From positions 13,578,001 through 13,642,000 of the forward strand of contig NC_043012.1 in the NCBI RefSeq assembly GCF_006345805.1: a stretch of DNA of 64,000 nt, written 5' to 3'. How positions within the stretch are numbered: position 1 is the first letter of the stretch; each line of letters opens with the position of its first letter. The position numbers and the translations under genes are program-made. The notes beneath the pieces were generated by a model. That model worked only from the letters and a program-made list of their open reading frames with translations, was not told where the DNA came from and did not search any database. Shown in pieces: positions 38,721 through 51,100 of this stretch. Source of the stretch: Octopus sinensis. Taxonomy: Eukaryota.

Positions 38721-40249
38721 TTCTCTAATTCGTTGTATGTACATTATTTTCCTTTATAGGGTATTCCATACTTTCTCATCGGTATGGTCGTATATTGGCA
38801 TTAGAGAATTTTTGTAGTGGTTTTCATTTATTATTTATTTTTTATTTAATTATATGATGTAATTTTGTATTATTACTTGGTTAGAGAATATAAAACTGAA
38901 ATGATTTTTGGCTATTTATCTATTTCGACTGTTCACCTGCGACGGTAATGTAGATTGACTTGGAACACTGTATGCGATGAATATCCAATACCAAAAATTC
39001 ATAATCTCTATATTGAAACTGCATTAAACTTTGACGAGCTTACCTTTACCTATGCTGAGATACTTGAAAGGTGGTGTTCCCTCTCTTCTATTTGTTCATA
39101 CGTTTGTTTAGCTACCAATGCGTTGTTTCACTTTAAGGATTCTTATTTACCCATCCATTATGATATTTCGAACGCGACATCTTTTCACAATGAACAGATT
39201 CAAAGCAGTATTCGTGAACTGAAGTAAAAGTCTTCTTGTCTTCATTTTTCGTTACCTGAAATCAATTTCAGAGTGGCCGTACATTGTAAGCACGTAGCAA
39301 ATTCATTCGATCAACTCTGATTTTGCAAGTAGGTATTATATTACCATTTTTGAAGGTATCAATCATACTTCTCTCCAAAAATATAGCTCACAACATAGCT
39401 CAGAATGGAAGGTTCAACGTCTTCCTTCAATTTCCTTACAGCATTTATGTGGCTGTTTCTGACAAGAAATTTCCCTTTGATGTAATTTCCGTTTCATATT
39501 GTAGTCATTATCCGTAATCTACCCCCAAAACACTTTAATAGCCCTACTTTGCATCGCTTGAAAATTTACGTTCTAAGATCATTAAAGTGCAACGACCACC
39601 ACAGGAACCAGTTTACAATTTAGTTTTCTGTTCCTAGGTTAATCGGAAACATAGATTGCCGTGCTACTCATAAACCTTCTTAGTAATTCAATAATTTGCT
39701 TTAAAAAATGCTATCAAAGCAACTTAAACCGTCCAACGGACTAGTGCTTTTGCTAATCAACGATGTTTTATTCCTGTTGTTTTATAAGATATTGTTTTTC
39801 TCAGTATGGCTTTCGGAGAGTTAAGAGTTATCTTCCATCCATTTCTTTTTAATATGTTTCTTATATTTCTCAAATCTCCCATCGAAAGATTTATATTTTC
39901 TTTTTTTTATTTTTTGATTCGCTGCATCTGTTTAATTTTTCTTGCAATTTTTATCATTTTCAACGACTGTGTTGGCTTTATTGGTGGTAGTGTTAACTGT
40001 AGTCGTTGAATTTTTACGTGTTTTGTGTGAAGAAATATTTTCTTGAATTTCTTGTCCATTTTTATTGTTGATTTGGTTGGTTTTCTGATGGTTATTGAGG
40101 TGTTAGTGCCATTATCTTCATGTTCCATTGTGTTTTGTTGGTGTTGGTGCTGATGTTGTTGTTGCTTTTGTTTCTGTTCTTGTTGTTGCTGCTGGCTCTG
40201 CTGCTACTATTTTTTTTCAATGATTATTAGAGCAGCGTGAAACGTCGAA

Positions 40250-42240
40250 CTACAAAAGAGAACTTTGCCTTCAAAACGACCTCCCACTAACCCATCTTCT
40301 CCGTTTACCAAATACTCTGCCATATTGAATTTCTAAGCACTATTTCGAAAAGAAACTTTTCTTTCCAAAGGTAAGAACCCCCTCACAATTGATCCCCAAT
40401 CTACAGTTGCCTTTCTAACCAATTCTCCACTGTCACCCATCGCTTCACAAATTAATTGGGAGGTAGCACGTCCCTCTCTTCCCTCACTCTCCTTTCCGAA
40501 AAGGGCTTCAGAAGTCAAGGTGAGCTTGATCGAAGATGTAGGTGTCTTTACTCAATCCTTCCAGTTTCACCCACCGCACAACGTTTTTTCGACATAGCCG
40601 CTAGGTAAAAGAACGCTGCCTATCTTTCCTTGTTAAAGATAGATCCGATCCTCACGATGGATTCGGCCGACAGTAAGATTTGTCCTACATATTATAACAG
40701 CCATTTGACATAAGTCCACAAGTCATTAATACTCGGATATTGCACGAGTGCGTGCAGAATTTTTTCGGCACTGTAGCATTTATCTCGAAAAGGTAGTGCT
40801 TCTCATTAGCACTGCCAGGCCAGTAATTTCTGGTAGTAATCTATGGCAATACTGGGTTCGAAAATCCTCCCAAAGAAACCAGATAGTTCATCATCGCTCT
40901 AACCCATCACGAGATGTCTATATATTGCTACCATAGAACTTCTATTGACTGTAATGTGCGGCTAGTAGAGGAAGCCACTGAGCACCTGACAATATTACAA
41001 ATTCCAGGCGCCTAATCTTGGTCATTTCTTAACCCAAGATTGCAGTAGGTGAGCTGCGGAGAGTTGTGTCATGCGAACCAAGACGACACCGTCTTACCAA
41101 CTAGGACGTTCTGTAAGTGACGTAGCCTGATTTCCAGAGGGTGCTGCATATAGTTGGGTCACTTAACCATTGGAACATGTCCTTTCAGCTGGAAGTGGAA
41201 AAGTAAACCCTCGAGTGCAGCCAAACGTGGAGTGAGACAAGATCTATTACTAAGGAAGCAATGTGAGCATTCACCATCTCTGTCCAACCTTTCAGGAATA
41301 ATTTCTTCTTGGCTCATTTCTAAGTGAGACTGGCTACTCTTCTTGTAAATTCATCAAAGCTATTACCCACCTGGAAGTCCAGGGCAAACCAGACACCGAG
41401 CTGTTTCACCGAATCGTCTGTCCATAGACATGCTACGCTGTTCATTGGCATCACTTTTTATTCCTTTAAAATGGAATCGACCACCTGATCTACAGCAGTC
41501 TGATACGATAACCATGATATCTCCCACACACGCCGACACGGCTCTCCCGCATCCCAGTTCTCAAAAGTTCTAGATTCCGAAGCAAAGGAGTTGAGAGACT
41601 CCTGACGGACTGAGAGTTCCTTGCACCAGAACAAAGTAGTTTGATGTGTTTGATTGTCAACACTATTACTATGACCTTATCAGCAGCTACCGACACAGAT
41701 TTCTGCATCACATGGGACATCATTCAAGGTCTTCAGTTATGGTCGTATTTCCTCAGGAATCTCTACATACAGAATAGTCAAGAAGTGAAAACCTTTACAA
41801 GATTTGTACATGCTATACAATTTTATTCGCCTGGGCGAGTCGCCCGACCGGTTTCACTGCTCAGCGGAGACCATTCACCCTAACCATCGATCAAATGATC
41901 CTTTGCGGTCCAGTAGCTGAAGACAGAACTGAAACAAGCTTCTATTGATCGAACCTATTGAATTCTTTTGATGGTATAAGTTGCTCATGGCCTGCCCCAT
42001 ATGATGCAGAACAAATCTATCATAAAAACGTAAATCTCGTAAAGGAGACCATTCAAAAGAAATTTGATCCTCATCTACCTGATCATGGCTTCCGATATTT
42101 CTGTTGTTATCAGATTTCTACAATTGTGGCATCAGCCGATTTTAGTAGAAGCAGGTTATCGATGTAAACAATGAAATACATCCTGAGTTCCGATTCGGTT
42201 CATTCCAGGAAAGACGAAACAAAATGCCGATGAAAAGGCG
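40250..42240 (-). mobile_element. Heavily decayed Tx1/L1-like LINE ORF2 (RT + zf-RVT)
   Basis: 40790-40840 is homologous to 3320-3375 (AWQC..ALPFRDK vs PLVRDNLY); decayed RT motifs AKDHLID (AKAFD-like) and VAADKVIVIV (YADDxT-like); many stops. Confidence 0.6.
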
Positions 42241-42615
42241 CACACTACTTCATCAAAATGGATAAGAGGCTCACTTTATAATGCAACTAAATTGCAGTAT
42301 TGTTACTTAGTTGCGCCTCCAAAGCATGAGTCCATCAAACGCCTTCTCTTTCTCCATTCCTTTGACAAATCGCGTAAACTCTAAAAACGCGGTCCTTGTG
42401 TGTATGTGTGTGCGTGCGTGCAAGTGTGTATGTGTGTATGTGTGTGTACGTGTGCATGTATATGTGAGTGTGTGTCCGTGTCCGTGCGTATGTGGTATGT
42501 CTATGAACATAAACATACGTACACACGCATACACACGCACACTCGTATATATACATAGATATACATGTAGTTAGATAGATAAATTGATAAAGTGAGAGAA
42601 AGAGAAAGAGAGAAA

Positions 42616-43033
42616 CTCTTTAGTGTTTTACTCTTTTACTTGTTTCAGTCATTTGACTCTGGCCATGCTGGAGCACCGCATTTAGTCGAGCAAATCAACC
42701 ATAGGACTTATTCTTTGTAAGGCTAGTACTTATTCTATCGTTCTCTTTTGCAGAACAGGTAAGTTACGGGGACGTAAACACAGCAGCATCGGTTGTCAAG
42801 CGATGCTGGGGAGACAAACACAGATACACAAACATATACACACACATGCATATATATATATATAATATATATACATATATACGACGGGCTTCTTTCAGTT
42901 TCCGTCTACCAAATCCACTCACAAGGCTTTGCGCGGCCCGAGGCTATAGTAGAAGACACTTGCCCAAAGTGCCACGCAGTGGGACTGAACCCGGGACCAT
43001 GTGGTTGGTAAGCAAGCTACATACCACACATCC
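42616..43033 (-). mobile_element. Full-length SINE family 1
   Basis: Reverse complement aligns along its length with 8673-9090. Confidence 0.9.
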
Positions 43034-43663
43034 TCTCCTACGTAAATCTTTAACGTAAATACTGAAGGCAATTCAGGCGATTTATTATTTTGAGAGTATA
43101 ATCATGTTGGACGCTAATGAATTCAATTGAGAGATATTTCTATGGAAGATCCTGTTTATAAAGGGATTATACAAATATAGACACATATATACATTAGAAA
43201 CTGAGCTCCGTTAGAAATAAACACGAATACAGAAAAGCCATTGCTGATATGCTTCATTAAAATACATTTACTTAGGCTTCGAAATCTAAACGCTTGAATA
43301 CGTTATATGAGCTTTGGCAGATCGGAGTCATATCCCAACTGACCATGTTCCTATTTGGAATATTTATCGAGGAACGCTTACACAGTATTCTATCATTCCA
43401 AATATAGAAGTCTACCGCTTGATGCATCAATATGTCAACAAATATCTAATTCTAGCAATGTAGTTATTAACTCCCAGCAGCTGCTCTTCCATCTTTACAC
43501 ATCTTTTGCTTTGTTACATCTTTTGCTTTGTTATTCAAGGCTGGTCAAGCGACACAAAACGAAGTTGCAATAACTGTCGACTCTAATCATTTCTATTCAC
43601 AGTGTTTGTTACTGAGGCTCTTATCTATTTAATTTCGAAGCCATAACGAACCTATAAACATGC

Positions 43664-43980
43664 ACATATACATACATACATACATACATACATACATACA
43701 TACATACATACATACATACATACATACATACATACATACATACATACATACATACATACATACATGCATACATGCATACATACATACATACATACATACA
43801 TACATACATACACACATACATACATACATGCATACATGCATACATACATACATACATACATACATACATACATACATACATACATACGTACATACATACA
43901 TGCATACATACATACATATATACATACATACATATATACATACATACATACATACATACATACATACATACATACATGCA

Positions 43981-44041
<61 letters not shown>

Positions 44042-44375
44042 CATACATACATGCATACATACATACATACATACATACATACATACATACATACATACAT
44101 ACATACATACATACATGCATACATGCATACATACATACATACATACATACATGCATACATGCATACATACATACATACATACATACATACATACATACGT
44201 ACATACATACATGCATACATACATACATATATACATACATACATATATACATACATACATACATACATACATACATGCATACATACATACATACATACAT
44301 ACGTACATACATACATGCATGCATACATACATATATACATACATACATACATACATACATACATACATACATACA

Positions 44376-44406
<31 letters not shown>
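43664..44406. repeat. (ATAC)n tract of ~740 bp with duplicated variant cassettes
   Basis: Direct reading; source of the MYVC/IHTY ORFs. Confidence 0.95.
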
Positions 44407-44407
<1 letters not shown>

Positions 44408-44511
44408 GGCAAACAGACATGCACACAGATATTTTATTATCATTATTATTATTAATAATAATAATAAGAAGAAGAAGAATAGTAATAATAATAATAATAA
44501 TAATATTTTTT

Positions 44512-44743
44512 AAGGCGGCGAGCTGGCAGAAACGTTAGCACGCCGGGCGAAAAGCGTAGCCGTATTTTGTCTGCCGTTACGTTCCGAGTTCAAATTCCGC
44601 CGAGGTCGACTTTGCCTTTCATCTTTTCGGGGTCGATTAAATAAGTACCAGTTACGTACCGGGGTCCATATAATCGACTTAATCCGTTTGTCTGTCCTTG
44701 TTTGTCCCAGCTGTATGTAGCCCCTTGTGAGCAGTAAAGAAAT
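44512..44743 (+). mobile_element. SINE family 2, full length, Tx1-like tail
   Basis: AAGGCGGCGAGCTGGCAGAAACGTTAGC head, GAGTTCAAATTCC B box, GCCTTTCATC..GGGGTCGAT..AAGTACCAG core, tail TGTCTGTCCTTGTTTGTCC..GCCCCTTGTGAGCAGTAAAGAAAT. Confidence 0.9.
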
Positions 44744-44744
44744 A

Positions 44745-44922
44745 AATATTTCGTCCGTCTTTACGTTCTGAGTTCAAATTCCACAGAGGTCAGCTTGCCT
44801 TTCATCATTTCGGGCTCGATAGATAAATTAAGTATCCGTTAAGTACTGAGGTCGATGTAATCGACATACATCCACCCCAACCCCAAATTCCGGGCCTTGT
44901 GCCTTTAGTAGAGAGATTATTA
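44745..44922 (+). mobile_element. SINE family 2, 5'-truncated, alternative tail
   Basis: Same B box and core; tail GGGCCTTGTGCCTTTAGTAGAGAGATTATT. Confidence 0.85.
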
Positions 44923-44924
44923 TT

Positions 44925-45145
44925 AAGTCATTGAGCTGGCAGAATCGCTAGTAGGCCAGGCAAAATGGTTAGCCTCATCTTGTCCGGCTTTACGTTCGGA
45001 GTTCAAATTCCGCCGAGGTCGACTTTACCCGTCGTATTTTCAGGGTGGATAAGTTAAGTACAAGTGAAACACTGGGGTCGGTGTAATTGATTTACCCCCA
45101 CCCCACCGACATTTCAGTCCTTATACCTATAGTAGAGTGGATTAT
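44925..45145 (+). mobile_element. SINE family 2, near full length, alternative tail followed by (TTA)n
   Basis: GAGCTGGCAGAATCGCTAG head, GAGTTCAAATTCCGCCGAGGTCGAC, tail CCTTATACCTATAGTAGAGTGGATT. Confidence 0.85.
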
Positions 45146-45168
45146 CATTATTGTTATTATTACTATTA

Positions 45169-45237
<69 letters not shown>

Positions 45238-45273
45238 CATCATTATCATTATTATTATTATTATTGTTATTAT

Positions 45274-45739
45274 TGAGTGAGAGAGCAGTTCATGCCATCA
45301 AAGTGACACTGGGGTAAAATATACGAAGCCCAATATACCCATCATGACTACCCGTCTGATAAGGGTACACCAGGCACATGCATCACAACCATCTGTGCGC
45401 GACATGGTAATCTCATATCAAGATAAACAGCACATGACCTTGCAGGTGGGGCCCACTTAGAATTTTCTTCAGGTTGGGTAGCCCATCCCGCTCAAAAGGT
45501 CCCTGAATAAGGGTTGTTTAAGGATGTTGAAAGAACCACCCATGTTTCCAGAGGTGAATTATTCAAACCCCAAAGAATCTCTCTCAACACATGGCTATGA
45601 TGCTCCCCCACTACTTCTGCTCGTGATCAGAGATGCACATATCGTCAGCCACCAAGGGACATGCTCAACTGGTTAAAGTCAAACAACTGACAAACAAATC
45701 TGTGGTATTGAGCAGAATATTTGCTGTAGCCATCTTTTA
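45274..45739 (-). mobile_element. 555-bp-family element, 5'-truncated copy in (TAA)n
   Basis: Aligns with 36885-37350; intact 3' end. Confidence 0.85.
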
Positions 45740-45740
45740 G

Positions 45741-45775
<35 letters not shown>

Positions 45776-45776
<1 letters not shown>

Positions 45777-46115
45777 GAGTGAGAGAGCAGTTCATGCCAT
45801 CAAAGTGACACTGGGGTAAAATATACGAAGCCCAATATACCCATCATGACTACCCGTCTGATAAAGGTACACCAGGCACATGCATCACAACCATATGTGC
45901 GCGACATGGTGATCTCATATCAAGATAAACAGCACATGACCTTGCAGGTGGGGCCCAGTTAGAATTTTCTTCAGGTTGAGTAGCCCATCCCGCTCAAACG
46001 GTCCCTCCTGAATAAGGGTTGTTTAAGGATGTTGAAAGAACCACCCATGTTTCCAGAGGTGAACTATTCAAACCCCAAAGAATCCCTCTCAACACATGGC
46101 TATGATGCTCCCCCA
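45776..46115 (-). mobile_element. 555-bp-family element, more strongly 5'-truncated copy in (TAA)n
   Basis: Aligns with ~37015-37350; intact 3' end. Confidence 0.85.
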
Positions 46116-46160
<45 letters not shown>

Positions 46161-46435
46161 TGATGAAAACTCACAGCTTACTTTCCTAGGTATGATGGAA
46201 GGTGTCAGCCGTCCACAGCCATCAGTCTGAGGTGAGCCTTGTTTATTTGTCATGCTTCAAGTTCCCCGCGAAGAATTCTTGCGTTGGTAATTTTTGTAGG
46301 TGTTCTATTTTTACATTTGTACCAATTCTTTTGAGCCGTATTTGTAGATGAGTGTTGATACTGCCAAGTGCTCCAATTACTATTCGTATCATCTGCACCA
46401 GTTTGTATGTGTGACAAGTGCGCCGATTAATATTC
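46161..46435 (-). mobile_element. R4/Dong-like LINE extreme 3' end
   Basis: IRIVIGALGSINTHLQIRLKRIGTNVKIEHLQK; the 3' UTR shares GCTGACACC and AAGCTGT motifs with 2540-2580; (TAA)n tail. Confidence 0.75.
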
Positions 46436-46859
46436 TTATCACCGTTGCAGTTGTTGTTGTTGTTATTCAAAGCAGTTTGATTCTATCTCAGGCATCTTCA
46501 ATTGTCGTAGACTCCCTAGAGAAACTTTAAGATGCACTTGGCCGAATTAACCTGCTTTAAACAATCACCTTCATCGCCTTGACTGACCAGTCCGCCGGGT
46601 GTCCATTTGACGCTGCTGGTCACAGCACGCTCTCCACTCCTCTCATGTTATTCCATCTAAATGTTCCTCTGTTTTTCGTTTAGCCACTCATTGGTATGTG
46701 TGTAAATCTGTGTGTGTGTGTGTGTTTGTGAAGCATTATATTTGGTGAGGGTTTGGTACAGTGAAACATTATATAAGGCGGAGGTTTGGCGCAAGTAATC
46801 TAAAGCAGTTTCAGCTTAGGTTTTGGTCTTCCAGACACTTGAACATTTATCATTTCTCA

Positions 46860-47228
46860 ATTGGCTGTGTGGTAAGTAGCTTGCTTACGAACCACATGGT
46901 TCCGGGTTCAGTCCCACTGTGTGGCCCCGTGGGCAAGTGTCTTCTACTATAGCCTTGTGAGTGGATTTGGTAGACGGAAACTAAAAGAAGCCCGTCGTAT
47001 ATATGTATATTTATATGTGTGTGTTTGTGTTTGTTCCCCCAACATCGCTTGACAACCGATGCTGTAATTACGACCCCGTAACTTAGCGATTCGGCAAAAG
47101 AGACTGATCGAATAAGTACTAGGCTTACAAAGAATAAGTCCTGGGGTCGATTTGCTCGACTAAAAGCGGTGCTCCAGCATGGCCACAGTCAAAAGACTGA
47201 AACAAGTAAAAGAGTAAAATAGTAAAGA
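46860..47228 (+). mobile_element. SINE family 1 with small deletion between AGCC direct repeats
   Basis: Aligns with 8673-9090 except for loss of the GGGCCGACCAA segment. Confidence 0.9.
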
Positions 47229-47346
47229 GAATGTTTTCATATATACCATACAGATGTAATTTGGCATGCTTAAGACGATTATTGCATTCAAGGCTTCGAA
47301 AATTTAATAGTTAACAAGATATGAGCATTTAAACTTAGATATGCTT

Positions 47347-47408
47347 AGCCAATGAAACGAGTCGTGTCATCAACCGCGGGTGCAGAATGTGTTCGCTGCC
47401 ATGGCAAC
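47347..47408 (+). promoter_or_regulatory. Candidate CCAAT box + RFX X-box module
   Basis: AGCCAATGA at 47347-55; GCTGCCATGGCAAC at 47395-47408 (13/14 match to GTTGCCATGGCAAC) in non-repeat, locally CpG-containing sequence. Confidence 0.35.
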
Positions 47409-47816
47409 CTATTTGCCATCACAACAAACAGTACCTTTCAAAATGAAGAAGAGAAGCAACAGGCGTATTTATATTTTTATTTTTATTTTTCCTCATTTAT
47501 TTATTTATTTATTTATTTATTTAAGAAGAATTTAATGCAAGAAATGAAAAACAACAAAATTTACATTTATATTACATGACCAATATCAAAGTTCTTCGAA
47601 ATGCCGAAATGAAACGAGAACATAATGAAAATAACGAAATTACAGTGCAGTATGTTTTCAAGCAAATCTTGTTTTGCACACCTGCAATGTCACATTAATC
47701 GCAGAGATGTGATTCCGTTAATTAAGCAGAGATGTCATGACAACACCTTCGAATTCCCGCTGTGAGGATGGTGGCTTAAATTTTACTCGCTAAAAGTACA
47801 TAATTATAAATGTTAT

Positions 47817-47864
<48 letters not shown>

Positions 47865-47873
47865 CTGTCAACG

Positions 47874-47982
47874 GAATTCCTGTTTTTTCCTGATGAGAAA
47901 GCCACAATATGGTACCCTTATTTAATCAGAATTTGGAAATTGTGGCCTTTGAAACATGTGTAGAATGTAATAAAAGGAATTC
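47874..47982 (+). ncRNA. Type I hammerhead ribozyme motif with long helix II (copy B)
   Basis: CUGAUGA 47890-96; helix II GAAAGCCACAAU (47897-908)/AUUGUGGCCUUU (47939-50), 11 of 12 pairs; GAAAC-AUGU-GUA (47951-62); helix I proximal UUC/GAA and distal GAAUUCCU/AGGAAUUC. Confidence 0.75.
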
Positions 47983-48016
47983 TGTACAATTTTCGTTCAA
48001 CTCCATTTCTTCCATT

Positions 48017-48067
<51 letters not shown>

Positions 48068-48068
<1 letters not shown>

Positions 48069-48911
48069 TAGCAGAATTGCCCGGCGTTGCTCGGGGCTGA
48101 ATTGCTTGAAAGTACTGTTAATGATTGCACTGAATTATGATGATTATTCAGGCAAATATTGATATAAGTTTACGGTGGGAGATAAGGACTTAACGATCAA
48201 ATGTGTGCCATTGCATTGTTTTGGGGGAACCAAATTTCTGATGAGCATTATAGGGGCACCAACTTTAAGTTTGAGAAAGTGTGGTGGTAGTCCGGGGTGC
48301 TCAAAGGAATTGAGTACCTCTAATGGATAGTTGATGACGTCCTCTGGGTCAGGAGTTGTATCGATAGACTGATATACATAGACTTCCCCAGGAATGAGTT
48401 TTAGCATTTCATCATTAATATGGTGAACAGTTTCATTCCTCGGGGCCAGTATAGCCTTTTTGCCAATCCAATCCATATTCTGATAATTAGCTTGTAGATC
48501 TGGGAACACTGCATCTCTGAGATCAGAAGGCGTCTTAACAATGGTGCAAATGGAATCGATGGCGATATTACCATTTTCATCCCCTGGTATTTTGCCTTCG
48601 CCAAGTGCAAGGAGGGTTTGAGGAAATGCTGCTGATGTGATATTACGTCGCATATGAGCACGCATATTGGTGTGAAGTTTGAGAGTTACTTCGCTTTATT
48701 TAAAAAATATGCATTAAAATGGAAAAAAATTATGGTAAATTATTTGTAAAATCGTAGACTCATCGTAGAGGCGCGCTAATACCCAGAAGGGCTCGATATG
48801 AATCACGACTATAAGATACCCGGTTTTGGTTAAACTGAATCGCAAAATGTGGGAGTAGTTAGGAATCTAAATCAGAGTAGACAGACACACAACCTTTCTT
48901 TTATATATAAA
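48068..48911 (-). mobile_element. Helitron deletion derivative retaining a PIF1-like helicase fragment
   Basis: ORF 48144-48665: AILAPRNETVHHIN..YQSIDT..YPLEVLNSFEHPGLPPHFLKLKVGAPIMLIRNLVPPKQCNGTHL. 3' end CCCGAGCAACGCCGGG hairpin + CTAG|T; 5' end A|TTTATATATAAAAG (TC mutated to TT). Confidence 0.9.
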
Positions 48912-49926
48912 TATTTTCGTCCTAAAAAACTTTGTATGGATTGAATGGTTACCTCTATGGAAATATATACACGCACATTATACATACATGTGTGTATAGA
49001 TGAATATATAAATGCATTTAAATATCTATATACACTTTTGGGCGATCTTTCTGTTTCTTAGAGATAACTTTAGATCTTATTTTCGTCCTAAAAAACTTTG
49101 TATGGACTGAATGGTTACCTCTATGGAAATATATACACACACGTTATACATACATGTGTGCATAGATGAATATATAAATACATTTATATATCTATATACA
49201 CTTTTGGGCGATCTTTGTGCTACTTAGAGATAACTTTAGATCTTATTTTCGTCCTAAAAAACTTTGTGCGGAGTGAATGGTTACGTCTATGGAAATATAT
49301 ACATACACATTATACATACATCTGTGTATAGATGAATATATAAATACATTTAAATATATATATACACTTTTGGGCGATCTTTCTGCTACTTGTATATACT
49401 TTAGATCTTATATTCCTCCTAAAAAACTTTCCTGTCACACACTCGCACACACGCACACACACACACACACACACGCACCCTCACACACACGCACACACAC
49501 ACACTCACACACACGCACACACTCATACACACGTTAGCTTACAATTTTATTTATATATTTGCGTGTCTATGTGTGTAAATAGGAAGTGGGAATGCAGAGT
49601 GAAAGAGTCACTCACTACAAAAAGTGAATTACTTTCACTTTAATCGTTGGGAGAAATTAGGGTGATAGCGTCAGTGAAACAGTTCGCTCCGTTTGTGTGT
49701 GTGTGCTGTAGCCCACACTAAGAAAAGCACTTGACATACACACCACAATGTGAGTTTTCTCTAAATTTTGCTTAATTGGGGTTGAAATTTTAAAAACTGG
49801 ACCTGGCACGACCCGATGCATTCTACTCTTAAAAATGCTAGGTAAATTATAATTGAAGAAATCCTATATTGTAGATTTCTATAAGAGACAAAGGGAGGCA
49901 GATAAAATCTGCCTTTTATAATAAGA
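48912..49926 (-). mobile_element. Second Helitron-like element (5' part) carrying the 166-bp array
   Basis: Minus strand begins A|TCTTATTATAAAAGGCAG at 49926; own 3' CTAG end not seen. Inclusion of the array in this element is an inference. Confidence 0.5.
48914..49432. repeat. 166-bp tandem repeat, about 3.1 units
   Basis: TTTTCGTCCTAAAAAACTTTG starts at 48914, 49080 and 49246; decayed fourth start at 49411. Confidence 0.9.
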
Positions 49927-50082
49927 TATATATATAATATATAATTTGATTTGAAAACCCCACTAGAATGGGAGAAAGCGCTAATAATCTGAATGATATG
50001 ATCTGAATGATATGTAGAAAATGTAATATATAAATAAATATCTATAAATATGAACCATCCGATCTTCTGATTACCTCATTTC

Positions 50083-50186
<104 letters not shown>

Positions 50187-50220
50187 ATACATATATGCAT
50201 ATATATATATGTATATATAC

Positions 50221-50313
<93 letters not shown>

Positions 50314-50374
50314 GTATGTATGTTTGTATGTATGCATGCATGTATGTATGTATAATTTGGGTGAAATGTAAGTG

Positions 50375-51100
50375 GGCATTAAAAATTGATAATAAAATCG
50401 ATATTCCTTTTACTAATTTATTGAAACAAATGATGCAAGTTCTGTATTACATGGGAAAATGACAGTAAGTCTTCATATTTGAACGGAAGCACTGGTGAGG
50501 TCAACTAACCTCTTCAAACGCCCAGGAATGGAATGAACAACCTTCTGAAGGACATCCTCTTTGATGTCACTGAGAACCTCTTGAATCCCTCTTTCCAAGG
50601 GCACCAGTGGGCAAGATTTTTTGTTTTGCCTCTCCACTTTTGCATAACCCCATAGGTAAAAATCTCATGGAGGGAGATCTGGACTTCTTGGAAGCCATTC
50701 CATATTCCATTCTGCGGTCACTCTCTTAAGGTTTCAGCTCTTGCATAGAATGAGGTTTCCACGGGCGAAAATTCATTTCTTTATGTAACATCGCATGTAC
50801 TGTGTCTCTTGTTCATCCGCTATCACGTGCTGCCTGACGTGTTGGTTCTTGCAGGCTGCGATTAAACATTTCCTGCAATGTTGCCACGTTCTCCGCTGAT
50901 CGAGATGGTCCCTTCTTGTGTCGTTCACAGAAGCTCTGGTCATCATGTTTGCATGACAACTTTTTATTGTCTCCGGACGTAGTGTTGCATGCTGACCTTT
51001 TCATGCTTGCCACCATCTCTGAACTATAACAATGGAAATCTACACTTAATTGTGTGCTGTTATCTTAGCTTGCATCTGATCAGTCACGCGGCCATCTGGA
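50375..51100 (-). mobile_element. Tc1/mariner (maT-like) relic with internal deletion
   Basis: KGPSRSAENVATLQEMFNRS..TRQAARDSG..VHAMLHKEMNFRPWKPH..QEL, then directly WLPRSPDLPP*DFYLWGY; the middle catalytic region is missing. Confidence 0.75.

Noticed and set aside
38930-40200. Minus-strand RAYNVRPL resembling an APE endonuclease start (ATYNVRTL), with upstream ORF1-like sequence
   Set aside because: A single weak motif amid many stops; too uncertain to annotate.
48914-49432. CRISPR-like array
   Set aside because: Whole 166-bp units repeat with no unique spacers, in a eukaryotic Helitron context; the 45-bp and 13-bp repeats likewise lack spacers.
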